A DNA stretch of 64,000 nucleotides. Source: Candidatus Kapaibacteriales bacterium (GTDB lineage Bacteria > Bacteroidota > Ignavibacteria > Kapaibacteriales > UBA2268). Location of the stretch: NCBI GenBank assembly GCA_965661945.1, contig CBFIFP010000001.1:638531-702530 (forward strand), written 5' to 3'. Of this stretch, positions 62,126 through 64,000 are shown in pieces (within the stretch, counting starts at the first letter, position 1; every line of letters begins with the position of its first letter). The position numbers and the translations under genes are program-made. The notes below the pieces were generated by a model, which saw only the letters and a list, made by a program, of their open reading frames with translations, was not told where the DNA came from and did not search any database.

Positions 62126-63973
62126 ATGAAATTACAATCAAAAGAACATTTTTTGGAATCAGATCTTCTTAGAAGCCCACTTCTTACAGCTTTCAAATTC
62201 TCCATATTTTTCGTTTCTATTTATTCAATATTAATAATAACTCAATTTTCTAATACTATTTCTTTTTATTTATCTATTACTACAATAGTTTTAATTCCTA
62301 TTTTATATTTTCTGAAAAAAAATTTTTTACTTTATTTAGCTATACTTATATTTACAGTTAATTCTACTTATTATAGATTCAGTGATTCACAAATAAATAC
62401 TAACAATCAATTTAAAGATATTGAGGTTTTGTTAGATGGAGATGTAAAATCAATAATATCTTCACATTATAATAGAAGTTCAATAATCGCTAATGCTACT
62501 GTTGAATCAAAACATTTTAATTCATTTAATACTAATATATTATTAACAATTTTTAGATATGATGATTTAAAAATAATTGAAGGTGAAAAATTTCAATGTA
62601 AAGCAAAATTAAACACTATTCCTCAAAAAATTTTTCCAAATGAATTCCCAACAAAGCAACATTTAAAATCGCTAAAGGTAAATTTTACAGCTACTTCATC
62701 TTCAAAAGAATTTATAATTTATGATGATTCTAATATTTTTTATAAAGTATTGAACCATTTAAGAAATGATTTTAAAAATAAAATATTTTTACTATTTCCA
62801 GAAGATGTTGCTGATGTAATTTTTGCAATAACAATCTGGGATAAATCTTTTATTTCCAAAGAGGAAAAACAGATTTACTCACTTACAGGTACATCTCACA
62901 TTATGGCTGTTTCAGGACTTCATGTTGGAATTATAGCTGTGTTTCTTTACTTTTTTACATTTTTTATTAAAAATGAAAAATTAAAATATTTAATTAACTC
63001 ATTACTATTAATTGGTTATGTGGTTTTAACTGGTTTGCAAGCATCATCTATTAGAGCTGCCTCTATTGCGATAATGATATATTTAGCAATAGTTTTAAAG
63101 AAACATTACGATATTAAAAATTTACTTGGATTTGCAATAGTCATTTTTATTTTGATTCAACCGGAGATTATTCTTTCGGTTTCCTTTCAATTTTCAGTTG
63201 CAGCTTTTTTGGGAATAGTGCTATATACCAAACGGATAAGCGACTACATAAATTATAAAGTCAATAATAAAAGTGATTTACTAAGTAATTTAATAATTCT
63301 AATTTCAACTTCAATATCGGCGATGATATTTACAAGTCCTTTAGTTGCTTATTATTTTAATAACTTTACATTACTTGGTATAATTAGTAATATGTATGCA
63401 ATACCAATTATCTCTTTATCGTTAATTTTATCATTTATAGTTTTGTTTATCACTTTTTTATCATTTGAGTTATCTTTTCTTTTTGCAAATTCTGTAACGT
63501 TTTTGATAAGATTGCTTGAGGGCTTAAATAGTTATGTTGTAAAAATTGAATACTTGTTTTATTCTGGTTACAATTCTCTAATCTATGCTGTGATTTTTTC
63601 GTTAATAATTCTTGTTTTACTAAATTATAAATCATTTATAAAATCTGCATCTTACATTGCATTGGGCTTGATAATAGTTTTTTCATACTCTTATTATGCC
63701 AAAGAAAATACGTATATAAAAGACAATTATTATTATAAAGTAAAATTAATTGAAAAAGAAGAAGTTGTTGATTTATATATTTTTGATAAGTCCAAAAATA
63801 CATCTATTTTTTTAGATTATAGTTTATTAGAATACATAGAAGAAACAAATAAAAATATTAGACTAACAATTAATGGCGATAATGGAAGATTTTTTTATGA
63901 TAATATTAAAGATAATGTTACGTTAGATAGTTTGATTTTTGATGAAAAAAATATTATAAATTATTTTAAATAA
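62126..63973 (+). CDS. comEC: ComEC/Rec2-family DNA internalization channel protein
   Basis: Polytopic membrane protein with the competence-domain motif LTGTSHIMAVSGLHVGIIA. Starts 15 nt after tRNA-Asp. Confidence 0.85.
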   Translation: MKLQSKEHFLESDLLRSPLLTAFKFSIFFVSIYSILIITQFSNTISFYLSITTIVLIPILYFLKKNFLLYLAILIFTVNSTYYRFSDSQINTNNQFKDIEVLLDGDVKSIISSHYNRSSIIANATVESKHFNSFNTNILLTIFRYDDLKIIEGEKFQCKAKLNTIPQKIFPNEFPTKQHLKSLKVNFTATSSSKEFIIYDDSNIFYKVLNHLRNDFKNKIFLLFPEDVADVIFAITIWDKSFISKEEKQIYSLTGTSHIMAVSGLHVGIIAVFLYFFTFFIKNEKLKYLINSLLLIGYVVLTGLQASSIRAASIAIMIYLAIVLKKHYDIKNLLGFAIVIFILIQPEIILSVSFQFSVAAFLGIVLYTKRISDYINYKVNNKSDLLSNLIILISTSISAMIFTSPLVAYYFNNFTLLGIISNMYAIPIISLSLILSFIVLFITFLSFELSFLFANSVTFLIRLLEGLNSYVVKIEYLFYSGYNSLIYAVIFSLIILVLLNYKSFIKSASYIALGLIIVFSYSYYAKENTYIKDNYYYKVKLIEKEEVVDLYIFDKSKNTSIFLDYSLLEYIEETNKNIRLTINGDNGRFFYDNIKDNVTLDSLIFDEKNIINYFK

Positions 63974-64000
63974 ATTAATTTTTGTAATTTTAGATTTAGA

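Noticed and set aside
1-64000. CRISPR arrays, rRNA genes, transposases, integrases, IS elements, prophage genes and reverse transcriptases.
   Set aside because: There are no regularly spaced direct repeats with unique spacers, and no ORF with DDE, tyrosine or serine recombinase motifs or RT motifs. The only repeat families seen are the DUF4397 gene-internal repeats, the Rhs junction copies and a 12-nt triplet.

Overview
AT-rich chromosomal segment, mostly housekeeping and cell-envelope genes. It looks like an FCB-group bacterium (Bacteroidota/Ignavibacteriota-like). Supporting this: three proteins with T9SS-type C-terminal sorting domains, a CarboxypepD_reg TonB-dependent receptor paired with a DUF4249 lipoprotein, TAnnTTTG promoter-like motifs, and Cys-less DnaG and AccD zinc ribbons. 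HPr kinase, PtsN, HPF and some AAGGA/GGAGG Shine-Dalgarno sites are also present. Well-supported genes: dnaG (partial), a cNMP-domain/aspartase fusion, dut, fetAB-like ABC exporter, rplS, phoX-like, fsa/tal, hprK, hpf, accD, ydbST-like, topA, glmS, proS, ptsN, a nuoE-like gene, comEC, tRNA-Arg(ACG) and tRNA-Asp(GTC). Three ECF sigma modules are present. Two are clear paralogues: sigma, then a membrane anti-sigma-like protein ending in a beta-barrel-like domain, then a lipoprotein. One of these sits in front of a 1062-aa T9SS protein made of four ~720-nt tandem repeats. The only clearly accessory patch is 40.5-43.5 kb, between topA/OMP and glmS. It holds an array of Rhs/YD toxin C-terminal cassettes with no start codon and no Rhs shell, built on a core junction repeated three times, with a toxin/immunity pair and an embedded PIN/small-protein pair. 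A possible further decayed junction remnant lies at 59.1-59.3 kb. Other oddities: a CHASE sensor kinase split by one in-frame TGA with a degenerate ATPase domain, a nucleotidyltransferase fused to a motif-degenerate phosphomutase domain, a tRNA-Asp overlapped by the preceding CDS, and several small unannotated ORFs. No CRISPR array, transposase, integrase or rRNA was seen. All calls come from reading the sequence and ORF track by eye. Hairpin and motif coordinates were hand-indexed, and no database search was run.
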